A stretch of 24,296 bases of DNA from Octopus sinensis (GCF_006345805.1 NW_021836415.1:1-24296); one strand, 5' to 3'; shown: positions 1 to 9,608, numbered from the stretch's first letter. Numbers and translations: made by a program. The notes: generated by a model not told the origin, from the sequence alone.

Positions 1-52
1 GTCAAATGTCTAAGTATAGACGACTTCTAAAACAGATTAGATACAATCAAGT

Positions 53-119
53 GTTATATGTATGCATGTATGTATGCATGTATGTACGTACGTACGTACG
101 TATGTATGTATGTATGTAT

Positions 120-155
<36 letters not shown>

Positions 156-218
156 TATATATACATATATATACATATATATACATACGTTCATACATAT
201 ATTCATACATACATATAT
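53..218. repeat. Compound microsatellite (TATG)n/(TACG)n/(CA)n/(TA)n
   Basis: Visible directly; explains the MYVC/YIHT low-complexity ORFs. Confidence 0.95.
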
Positions 219-221
219 ATC

Positions 222-462
222 ACCTTGACCGACTAGTCCGTCAGGCATCCGTTTGACACCGCTGGTCACAGCACGCTGTCCACTCCTCTCTGGATCGCGC
301 CTTCCTCATCCACGTGATCCCAATCGTCCTCCTGAAATCGTTACTCCACCGACATGGAGGCCTTCCGGGTGGTCGTTTCCTCTCGCGCGGGTACCACTCG
401 ACAACTGCGCGTGTCCACAGATTTTCGGTGAGCTGGGCGATGTGTCCAGCCCATCTAAACAT
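222..462 (-). mobile_element. RTE-clade LINE, 5'-truncated 3' fragment (end of RT ORF)
   Basis: Minus-strand peptide FRWAGHIAQLTENLWTRAVVEWYPRERKRPPGRPPCRWSNDF matches the RTE C-terminal RWAGH...W.PR..KR..GRP..RW pattern; inserted between microsatellites. Confidence 0.85.
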
Positions 463-608
463 ATGTATGTATGTATGTATGTATGTGTGTGTGTATGTGT
501 ATGTATATAAGTGAATTATATTTCTGGAATATATGTTGTTCACTTTGCGTAAATCAGTTTTTGTGATGTATCAATGTTATGACATATATTTATTAATATT
601 TGTGTCCA

Positions 609-835
609 TTTATATATATATATATATATATATATTGATAAAACGGTAAGATAACAAAAGAAAGAAAGTATATATATATATATATATATATATAAATATA
701 TATATATGTGTGTGTGTGTGTATGTGTGTGTGTGTGTATGTGTGTGTGTGTGTCTATGTGTGCGTGTGTGTTTGTGCGTGTGTTTGTGTGTGTGTCTGTG
801 TCTGTGTGTCTGTGTCTGTGTTTCTGTGTCTGCAT
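609..835. repeat. (TA)n and (TG)n/(TGTC)n microsatellites
   Basis: Visible directly. Confidence 0.95.
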
Positions 836-976
836 TTATATACTCACAAATTCGCCCATATGTAATTGTTTAATTGTGGTGTCGCATAATATTCTCTACT
901 GTAAATATGCACACAATGTAATATTTGTTATAAATGAATGTTATTAATGGGATGTGTTCATGTCTTTGTTCCTCAG

Positions 977-1119
977 ATGTGTGTTTTGTGAAGACGAAGT
1001 GGCCACAGAGACGTTCTTTCCATGTAAACATCTTTCGCTGTGTAAGAAATGCTGTCTCCCAAAGATACCTAAACGATGCCTCAAGTGTGGACAGAATATA
1101 ACGAGCAAAAATAGTTTGG
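977..1119 (+). CDS. Internal exon encoding a RING-HC finger (IAP/MIB-type zf-C3HC4_3 pattern) of a RING-Death domain protein
   Basis: Acceptor tctttgttcctcag|, donor TTGG|gtaaga (phase 2 in, phase 1 out). Peptide CVFCEDEVATETFFPCKHLSLCKKCCLPKIPKRCLKC = C-x2-C-x11-C-x-H-x3-C-x2-C-x8-C-x2-C. Confidence 0.9.
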
Positions 1120-1912
1120 GTAAGAATACTGTATGATCTGTCTGTTTGTCTCATGGGCTTTATGGTGTGGAATATTGTATTTCCTGTTGTTGTTTAGATC
1201 CAGTTTTGCGTTAATCAAGCACACTTTTGATAAAAGATGTTCCAGGTGTCTTTTCTCTGTCATATTATGTCTCTCACTACTCCCACTAAACATTGTTCTT
1301 GTCCAATTAGAAGACTTGTCACACTTCAAGATGGTTACTTTCTGCAACATAAAAATAATAAAGAATACTGAATTATAAATGGTGACTAAATGCCAATAAA
1401 TCACCGAGGTTCTATCAGTAAATACCGACATCTTGTGTGTGATTAGAGTGATTAATGATTTATCAATATCTTCGGAAGCTGATAATTAAAAACAACTGCA
1501 TTTATATGAATATCAAAGTGAGCTTTTATAAAATAAGAGACTCAATAAGAAAATCTCAACTGAGGGTTTAGGGGCCAACATTAGAGAGGGGACATCAAAA
1601 GGGTGGGGAAACTTTGACTGATGTATAGATTAGTATTCCCGAGTATCAGTTCTTCTGAACCGTTTCAAATATTTTCACAGCAATAATGTGTGGACGACAA
1701 GTTTTATGTCGTTAATGAGGTTCTGTGTGAATGTAGTGTGTTAATTTAGGACACGAGATATCACTTCCTGTTAGACCTGCTTTATTCAGGAGGATGAATG
1801 ACATTGAAATATCTTCAGATATTTCCCCAAATCTGATTACATTCTGGAGAACTGTGATGTGGGTAATTAAGATTAAAGATTACTAGTAGTAACCAATAAC
1901 AAAGAGAGCAGG

Positions 1913-1944
<32 letters not shown>

Positions 1945-1972
1945 TAAATAAATAGATAGATAGATAGATATA

Positions 1973-2453
1973 TTGTATTTGGGAATGGTCATTTTGCCAG
2001 TTTAGCCAATAAAAACACACGCACTACATATTTGGTGTTACTTTGATTCAGTCTTATTTATTTTTTTACATTAATCTTAATCTTATTTCGGCCAAAAACA
2101 AAAACAAATTACACGTACGTATATAAACAGGAGATACAAATATTACAGGCACTTCAACCCCCACACACACTAACTAAACATAGACACACATAGAGGTATA
2201 CGCATGCACAAATGAGGACACGTACAATAGGAATACAAAATACAAAACGGCTGATGGTTAGTAAGGAGAGACACACAAATAAGAAAGAAGAAAGCAAAGG
2301 ACCACTGATGAGGTCACAGGAGTGTGACGAAAGAACTCTGGCCGAAATAAGATTAAAGTAAAAAATAAATAACGCTGAAGCAAAGTAGCACTAAATATAT
2401 AGTGCGTGTGTTTTTATTGGCTAAACTGGCAAAATGACCATTCCTAAATACAA
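1973..2453. mobile_element. Fold-back element with ~115-120 bp inverted arms (1973-2094 / 2339-2453), probably a non-autonomous Penelope-like or MITE-like element
   Basis: The left arm ttgtatttgggaatggtcattttgccagtttagccaataaaaacacacgcact...atcttatttcggcca is the reverse complement of the right arm apart from a few substitutions and indels. Flanked by (ATAG)n tracts. Confidence 0.8.
2299..2343 (+). ncRNA. Minimal type I hammerhead ribozyme-like motif
   Basis: CTGATGA (2305-2311) + G + stem II GTCAC/GTGAC (2313-2317/2324-2328) + GAAA (2329-2332) + 2-bp stem III + CUC triplet (C2338). Stem I is GGACCA/TGGCC with one bulge. Confidence 0.6.
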
Positions 2454-2953
2454 CAATATCTGTTTCAACACACGATTTCACATCAAAAATCTTGCAAAAC
2501 AAATAGATAGATATAGATATATATCCGTCTGGAAGTGGTGTGTCGTGTTTGAGGCTAGGACTTCGATGCTCAACTTGGTTGACACTGGAATTAAGCAGAA
2601 GATGAGACGAATGTTGATTAGAGATGTCTTGTCATAGATCTGGCACAAACATAAGAAAACCCAAACGAAGCTAAGAGAAAATCGGTTATTAGGGGATAAT
2701 TAAATGAGATAATTTCAGAATTGTTAGAATTGTTGGATGACTTAAGAGACAGAGAAGGGTTGTTAAGTGTAGTCTATTCTGTTGTGGACTTAAATAGTGA
2801 ACCATTTCTTGGCCCCACTGTAGAAAGCATACAAATGTTCTCCAAAAGCATGTTGTCATCAGTGATGACACGAATGTCTCACAATAATAAAACATCGATT
2901 ATTAGAAAGGATAAAGAAATTTTACTAAAACCACTTTGAAATGTATTTTTCAG

Positions 2954-3004
2954 TTGGTCCAAATTCGTCAAAGATGGAAGTCCAGATGGTGGCAGGACCA
3001 GTTG
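2954..3004 (+). CDS. Candidate 51-bp phase 1-1 exon (VGPNSSKMEVQMVAGPV); shortened paralogue of Death-domain exon 8898-8969
   Basis: Acceptor gaaatgtatttttcag|, donor GTTG|gtgagtatgaaataac. Length is a multiple of 3 and open in the frame left by the RING exon; both flanks are homologous to those of the 8898-8969 exon. Confidence 0.55.
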
Positions 3005-3029
3005 GTGAGTATGAAATAACTGTACCTAA

Positions 3030-3254
3030 TTATGTTATCCCATAAGAGGCATAGGGTTGGTTTCCCGGTTTCTCTAGCGTATACATTCCTCCCTGAACAG
3101 GACACTAGTTCGCTGTAAGATTACTTATTTTTGCCAGCTGAGTGAACGGAAGTGTTTTGCTCAAGAACGCAACGTATTGCCTGGTGAAGGAATCGAAACC
3201 CCAATCTTACAATCATGAGTCAAAAACCCTAACCATTAAGCCCTGCGCCTCCAC
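3030..3254 (-). mobile_element. tRNA-derived SINE (same family as 14213-14532)
   Basis: Minus strand gtggaggcgcagggcttaatggttaggg...ggtttcgattcc...ttgagcaaaacact...cactcagctggcaaaaat aligns with the + copy at 14213. Confidence 0.8.
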
Positions 3255-3699
3255 TTGCTATGACCAATTCGTTTCCATAAAACACAAGCGATGGAAAAAT
3301 TTATAGAAATCAATGTACCTAACTGATTCCTATAAATTCTCCACTCCCTGAGCTGTTTTGTTTGTCAGAAGGACTGAGAACAGGGCCCATCTCTAATCTC
3401 CATTTGAAATGTTAGCTGCAAAAGGAGTCGATGAAATATATCGCTGAAATTTCATAAAATCTTTGTTGCCTTGGATGGAAAAATGGATAAATTAGAAAAC
3501 ACAATAGAGTTAATATTGTCTTTTGGAACCAAGAACTAAGATATGTTGTTGTGTAGGGGTAAACAGGTGAACAGAAACTAGAAAAATGTTGACCAAAATC
3601 ATAATGGTTACCAATTGACCATTGCTGATAGGAATGTCTCTCAATAATGTAAAAAAATTGCGTTTTTTGAAAGTTTAACTGTAAAGTAATTCTATTAAA

Positions 3700-3773
3700 G
3701 AGTGTCTGTGTGGTAAGTAGCTTGCTTACCGACCACATGGTTCCGGGTTCAGTCCCACGGCGTGGCACCCTAG
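3700..3773 (+). mobile_element. tRNA-derived SINE head, truncated (family of 7241-7646)
   Basis: gagtgtctgtgtggtaagtagcttgctt...ggttccgggttcagtcccac, with A-box and B-box-like motifs. Confidence 0.85.
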
Positions 3774-4007
3774 GTGAGTTGATGAGAAAGTTTTTCTTTC
3801 TTTCTCTCCCAAGTCCTGGGCTCTGTTTCCCGATAGGTTATTGTTGTTGTTGTTGTTGTTGTTGCCTAGTGAGATATTTGTCGTAACATGTTGCTTCTCA
3901 CTGGGGTATCTACCAAGAACATCTCTGATTTGAATACATATTGGGGTCATAAAATAACAAAAAATATATTATAAACTCGGTATAAGAATATTGATTTTAA
4001 AGTTTTG

Positions 4008-4206
4008 ACACAAGGCCAGAGAGCTCGATGTAGGGGGTATTTCAATTTAATCACCCCCAGTGCTCAACTGCTGCTTATTTTATCCGCCCTTAAAGGATGA
4101 AAGCAAAGTCAACCAAGGCAGAATTCGAACTCAGAACATTAAACCGCAAGAAATGCCTCTAAGCATTTGGGGCAATGTGCTAACGATTCTGCCAGTTCCC
4201 CGCTTT
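4008..4206 (-). mobile_element. SINE, third family (also at 17540-17842 and 22600-22702)
   Basis: Matches the other copies: aaaggatgaaag.caaagtc.acc..ggc.gaatt.gaac.cagaac...ctaagcatt...gtgctaacg.ttctgccag. Confidence 0.8.
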
Positions 4207-5587
4207 AATATGTATAAGAAAACTGATTTGAAACGTTAGCTTAATGCCGGCCAGTTTGGGGCAGTGGGTAAGGCGATTACGTCCACACCAGTACTCAATG
4301 CTTTTATCTCTGAAATGTAACCTTATTTTGTCATAGCATCATCTTCTGCCCTCATCTAAGATTTTACATTGTGCTACTCTCTATGGATTTCTATTGTTTT
4401 CTTGGGTATTGGACCATATCCCTACAATTTGGGATTATTGACATCCAACGTCCAGTAAAGTTCAGATGTTATTGTTCTGCTTTCATTCCGTATCAAACAG
4501 TATGTTGTGATACATATTTCTTTATATATGCGACACTAATTAAATTTATTTCATAAAGCATGATAATGACCTTTTTTAATTAGTTAATCTTAATTAGCAT
4601 AAGGGACAAATGGCATAGTAGTGTTGATGGTGTGGGATGTAAGTAGAGTTACATGTTCCTCGTAATGTTCTTCTTATATTGGCATCAGAAAGACAGTCTC
4701 TGTCATTTAATGGTGTAACTTTTGTGTTCTCAAATTTACTTGTGACTGGGTTTTCAAACCTTGGACGTCCACCACAGTCATAGAGGAAACATCAAATGAG
4801 TGGGTAAACTTTGACTGCTGTATAAAATAGGGTCAACAGAGATACCCTATTTTCTTGAAAACCTGTTCAGGTATATCATTTCAGTTATTTTCACTGTAAT
4901 AATATATGGATGAACAGTTTCTTATAAGTTGTTAATGAGGTGATGTCTTTTAGAACACCTGATATCACCTTCCGTTCCACCTGTGTAAAACTATTCATTG
5001 CTCACCATTTAAAAAAAGAACTTTTTAGGGTGTTTTCAAATATTTCACTTGACATCCTGTTAAACTGTGATGCAGGCAGTTAAAATTAATGATTACCAGC
5101 AGCAACGTTTAACAAAGAGAGGAGTTGTATGTTTATCCTACTTGAAGTTGTCTGTTGTGTCTGTGGTTAGATCTTTGATGACCAACTTCCCTGACTTTAC
5201 AATTAAGCAGAAGATAAGACGAATGTTGGTTAGTGAAATCTAGAAGTGAGACAACAATGATATGTCATAGATTGGACACAGATAGAAGAACAGAAAGACA
5301 GAACTAAGGGGAAACAGTTTTATCAAGTGATAATTAAATGAAATACAGTAACATTGTTAGATTATGTATGATGTCTTAATAGATGGTGGAGATTTAGGAC
5401 GGTCAGTCAATTTCGTTGTGGACGTAAATACTGAGTTATTACATGGGGTCACTGTAGAGAGTATAAAAATCTTGACCAAACCCAGAGTGTCACCAGTTGA
5501 CCATTGTTGATAGAAATGTCTAACAATAAAAGAATATAGTTTATTTATAATAAAGAAATACGATTAAATGTAAAACCTTGAAATATC

Positions 5588-5786
5588 GAAGACAGGCAAA
5601 TACCTAGAAACTGCAGTCCGTGCGTATCACTCAGGCTGACGAGGAAAGGTGACCTCCCTTTGCAAATATCATAAGGGCACAGAAAGTGTGCCTAAAGCCA
5701 GCTGGAGACGATGATCTCCTGGGGCTACAAGCTACAGTAACACCCACCCTTAGTGGTTAGCCATATTGAGATGGCTAGTATACTTT
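5588..5786. mobile_element. ~200-bp insertion with a 13-bp target-site duplication, family unassigned
   Basis: ACCTTGAAATATC at 5575-5587 and 5787-5799; absent from copies 1 and 3; ends in the hairpin TAGCCAT-ATTGAG-ATGGCTA. Confidence 0.75.
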
Positions 5787-5807
5787 ACCTTGAAATATCT
5801 ATTTCAG

Positions 5808-5879
5808 TGTCTCCAGAGTTTGAGGACAAAGGAGTTCAATCAGATTAACAGTTATTAGGGGCTACATCCAAGCAAGGTG
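5808..5879 (+). pseudogene. Pseudo-exon: dead 72-bp paralogue of the first Death-domain exon
   Basis: Acceptor tatctatttcag retained. Same length as 8898-8969 and reads SPEFEDKGVQSD*QLLGATSKQG, with TAA at 5846-5848. Donor GTGAGT has become CTGACT. Confidence 0.8.
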
Positions 5880-6559
5880 CTGACTATAAAATAACAGTTC
5901 CCAATTGATTTCTATTAAAGTTTACTTACCCTGGGCATATTGTGCTTGAAAGAATAACTGAAAACAGGTTATATTCTTACTTTCAAATTGAAAGATTAGC
6001 TGCAAAATAATTGTATTAAAGATATGGATATTACTGAAAGGTCATGAAATATCCATCGAGGTAAGCACAGTTGGTAATAATGGATTAAAAAGGCACAACA
6101 GAGTTAATTTTATCATTTCCACAGGAAACTAGTGATGTAGTTGAAGTGTAAACAAGTGAGGAAATTATGATTTTTCCTGTTTATTATTGTGGTTGTTTAG
6201 GTAGATGCTTTTCATAATGTGGCAGAATTACTATGAAATATCTTCCAAGTGTGAACACCCTGTCGTTTTTCACTGATACTAAATCTATCATTGCATCCAC
6301 TAAACATTGTCTTTATCCAAGCAGAAGACTTTGCTTTCTTGATGAAACAACCCTTGTTTCTCTTTCTCGCTTGAAGATACAATGCAATGATATGACCTTC
6401 ATCATTTATGATTTCCATATTCCCATGGGTGGTCACTGTCCAAGTCAGTTCTTATTGAGAATTACTGCCCAACTTCATTTGTTGAGGAACACATCTCACT
6501 AAAATAGTTCAGCCTTTCTATGGTGGTAAGCCCTTCTTAACATCGACCTCTTTATAAAG

Positions 6560-8350
6560 GGTCCTGGGTGCATTTTATGGTGGCACATGTTCTAGAAAGA
6601 TTGTCATGTCCTCAAAAAACTTAAACGTTCCTTTTCAACTTATTCAAAGAAATATGAGACATGTTGAAACAGGAAAGGATAGTAAAGGGTATGGAGAGCA
6701 GCTTGCTAAGAACCCATATGAGGTTACTCATAAACAGTTTGCAGATACTTAGAGTGGAAAGCTAAAATGCAACAAAGATGCAAAGAGACGGGTTGACACG
6801 GGCGTCCTACACTGACACAAAGTGAAATCAAACATTCCCACTCATGGACAGTTTGAAATTACCAAGGAAACCAGCAATCAAATATTTCAGCTTGGGGATT
6901 TCAGCAAGAAGCAAGTATATAGCTGAGGGATGAGGACAAGAGCAAAGAGTGCCCCAGGAGGGGATGGTGTACTATGGAAAGTGTACAAGCATTATACCCA
7001 ATTGTGTTATAAGTATTACCTACTACTTTGAAAGTTGTGATATAAAGGTGAACTGGATGGCTGATGCAAGGTAAAAGGAGTTTACTTATCAAAGGGAGCT
7101 AAAGGAAAATCGACCGACCAGTTCAGAACAATTCCAACCATGAATGAAGATGGCAAGATTTACATGGGTGTACTTGCTAAGAGATCAACTACCTATCTCC
7201 AAAATAATGGTTATGGGACTGAAAGTATCCAGAAGGCGTCGGAGTGGCTGTGTGGTAAGTAGCTTGCTTACAAACCACATGGTTCCGGGTTCAGTCCCAC
7301 TGCGTGGCACCTTGGGCAAGTGTCTTCTACTATAGCCTCGGGCCGACCAAGGCCTTGTGAGTGGATTTGGTAGACGGAAACTGAAATAAACCCGTCGCAT
7401 ATATATACATATGTATGTATGTGTATATGTTTGTGTGTCTGTGTTTGTTCCCCCAGCATCACTTGACAACCGATGCTGGTTTGTTTACGTCCCCGTAACT
7501 TATTTGTTCGAGAAAAGAGACCAATAGAATAAGTACCAGGCTTACAAAGAATAAGTCCTGGGGTTGATATGCTCGACTAAAAGCGGTGCTCCAGCATGGC
7601 CACAGTCAGCTCACTGAAACAAATAAAGGAGTAAAGAGTAAAAGAGAGAAGACAGGAATCCCTGAATGTGTGGAACTTGCATTTTGAATCTGGGATGCGA
7701 TACAAGATACAAAGAAGAACAAAAGCGATTTGAATGTTGTATGGCTTGATCAGGTTAATGCTTATCGTTCTGTACTACACGAATTGTTGCTGAAAACAAC
7801 GGACGTCTTTTATATACGAGAAAAGATTGAGAATCTAATGAAGAGTTGCTGTAATGATTTCAAAATGCGCTTCAGGACAGAATATTTCACAACAGACTCG
7901 CATCGTCTGGAGACTGGAATTGCCGTGGGTTGCACAATATCAGTCATTTTGTTTGTACTTGTTATGGAAATGTTTATTAGATCAGCAGATTGATCAGAAG
8001 AAATAACTCGAGTGAAGTCCCCTAAGACGACATTAATGGATGACATAACAAAACAAACAACAGAGCAAAAGGATATGCAAATAGTTCTGAATAGACTGTA
8101 TTAATTAATTAGTTGGTCAAGAATAGGGTTGAAGGCAAATAAATGTTGCCGTCATTGGGCAAAGCTCAGCAGAAATAAGTGAAATTCAAAGTAGCAGAAG
8201 AAGAAGCATGTCAAAGGTTAAAGAGAAACTGTTTAGGGTGATGGTACACTACCTCATTGTCCCACAAGAGTAGAGGCATCGAGATAATAGCACAAAAAGA
8301 AGACATCTTATAAGCAATAGATAAGCCAAAACTTTTGGGGAATAAAGGGT
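6560..8350 (+). mobile_element. Decayed HERO/NeSL (R2-group) non-LTR retrotransposon, RT region
   Basis: Frame with stops reads KSAPGGDGVLWKVYK...DQFRTIPTMNEDGKIYMGVLAKR...IQKA[SINE]GIPECVE...LNVVWLDQVNAYRSVLH...HRLETGIAVGCTISVILFVLVME...LMDDIT, matching HERO-type RT motifs (WLDLANAYGS.PH, GI..GCTISVILF, YMDD). Confidence 0.85.
7241..7646 (+). mobile_element. Near full-length tRNA-derived SINE nested in the HERO RT frame
   Basis: tRNA-like head, internal microsatellite, tail ggtgctccagcatggccacagtc...gaaac. Flanked by AGAAGGC (7231-7237) and AGAAGAC (7647-7653); removing it restores QKAGIP. Confidence 0.9.
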
Positions 8351-8359
8351 TTTAAAGAA

Positions 8360-9240
8360 CTTCTTTATTAAGGAGTCTTAAAATATTTCCTGAATCAGAT
8401 GATGTTCTTGTGACTGGGATGTGCGGAGTTACGATTCAAGATTACCAACATCAAACCTTAACAAAGATGTCAGGTGTATGTTATCCTACATGAATTTGTC
8501 TGCCGTGTATTTGTGGTTAGGTCTTTGGAAACCACCTTGTTTGACATTAGAATTAAGCAGAAGATGAGAAAAATGTTGGTGAGTGAAGTCATGTCACAGG
8601 TTTGGTACAGATATAAGAAGGGAAATAGAGAACTGTGAGAAAAATAGTCTTATCAAATGATAATTAAATGTGACAAATGCAACATTGATAGATTATGTAG
8701 GATGTCTTGATAGAGAGACGAAGTTTAAGAAGTTTAATCTATTTTGTTGTGGACCAAAATATTGAGCTATTACATAGATTAAAAAGGTTGACCAAAATCA
8801 TAGTGGTCACCAGTTGACCATTGATGATAAGCATGCCTCAAGAATAAAGATTAAGAAATTTAGTATAAATTATAAAATTTGGAAATATTTATTTCAGGGA
8901 GTCCACAGCTGAAGGAGAAGGATCTTCTGAGAGTGGCTAAGAGGTTAGGAAGAGATTGGTGGCAAGTAGGTGAGTATAAAATTACACTACCTAATTGATT
9001 TCTATAAATTTTACATTCACCTGGGCTATTTCATTTGTCAGGATGAAAGAGAACAGGTTACATTCCTAATTTCCAGTGGAATGGTTAGCTGCAAAATAAA
9101 TTCTATTAATGATATTACTGGTATTTCATAAAGTATCCACTGAGGTTGGTAATTGTGGATACACAAGAAAATACAAGTAGCATTTAATATATAGGAAAGA
9201 AGAGAAAAATATGTTGAGGGTAAACAGCTGAGTTTATTGA
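8360..9240 (+). repeat. Copy 3 of the triplicated module (carries the intact exon)
   Basis: Collinear homology to copies 1 and 2. Confidence 0.85.
8898..8969 (+). CDS. 72-bp phase 1-1 exon encoding the Death-domain N-terminus (GSPQLKEKDLLRVAKRLGRDWWQV)
   Basis: Acceptor aaatatttatttcag|, donor GTAG|gtgagt. The L...L..vA..LG.DW..vA..LG pattern of Death-domain helices 1-2 is completed in frame by exon 10890. Confidence 0.88.
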
Positions 9241-9409
9241 CAACGTTTTTGGTTCGTCTTTACTCCATCAAAAGACCATGAGTTAGGGTCTTCTTGAAGC
9301 CATTAGGGATTGGGTTATTGTGTTTGAAAGTGATAATTGCAATTATTACACACATGTGATTGAGAACACTTTGAGATATTTTGGTATCTAACATATGTCA
9401 GATACTACG

Positions 9410-9513
9410 AGCGCTGCTTCTGATTGGTCAATCCATGGTGATGACCCGAGGTAACGGTGACAGCGCTGCTTCTGATTGGTCAATTCATGGTGATGACCCG
9501 AGGTCCCGGTGAC
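9410..9513. repeat. Two tandem 52-bp units, each with TGATTGGTCAAT
   Basis: agcgctgcttctgattggtcaatccatggtgatgacccgaggtaacggtgac (9410-9461) and a near-identical copy (9462-9513). Confidence 0.9.
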
Positions 9514-9608
9514 GGCACTACTTTTGTCATTCATAAGTACAACTAAACGTGAAGAATTTAGTTATTGGGTTAATAAAATATGGTGTTTATTCGTGTGTAA
9601 TAAATAAA

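Larger units (their letters stand above)
1153..3660 (+). repeat. Copy 1 of an old tandem triplication (intron block C, block A, exon, block B), interrupted by younger insertions
   Basis: Shared anchors with the other copies: ccactaaacattgt..tt.tccaa..agaagactt (~1284 and ~6297); acatcaaa.g.gtggg.aaactttgactg.tgtata (~1592 and ~4789); aattaagcagaagat.aga (~2589, ~5201, ~8551); gttagctgcaaaa (~3411, ~5995, ~9084). Confidence 0.85.
4780..6400 (+). repeat. Copy 2 of the triplicated module (A, pseudo-exon, B) followed by block C of the next unit
   Basis: Collinear homology to 1570-3580 and 8360-9240; 6165-6360 matches 1165-1350. Confidence 0.85.

Noticed and set aside
6-947. Many 60-100 aa ORFs rich in MYVC/YIHT/CV (also at 12711, 13790, 18174-18706, 21451)
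   Set aside because: They are translations of microsatellites, which lack stops in several frames.
1819-1862. Exon-like segment ttgaaatatcttcag|44 bp|gtaatt whose acceptor resembles those of the DD exons
   Set aside because: 44 bp would shift the frame, and the splice sites are not kept in copies 2 and 3.
2530-2900. Hydrophobic minus-strand peptide shared by the three block A copies (D.TSL.NI.LIFCLI), superficially receptor-like; also the similar minus ORFs at 1081-1431 and 6212-6436
   Set aside because: Multiple stops and frameshifts, no recognisable family motif; the similarity is explained by DNA-level duplication.
5635-5675. CTGACGAG-GAAAGG...CCTTTG-CAAA, hammerhead-like, inside the 200-bp insert
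   Set aside because: G12 is replaced by C and no stem I pairing is found.
7241-7315. tRNA gene-like A/B boxes (also at 3700, 13711, 14213)
   Set aside because: They are SINE heads continuing into SINE bodies; no complete cloverleaf.
8521-8578. AG...GTGAGT-bounded 58-bp segment in block A of copy 3
   Set aside because: Has an in-frame stop in phase 1, is not a multiple of 3, and the donor is absent in the other copies.
9410-9513. CRISPR-like repeats
   Set aside because: Two directly adjacent units with no spacers, in a eukaryotic context.
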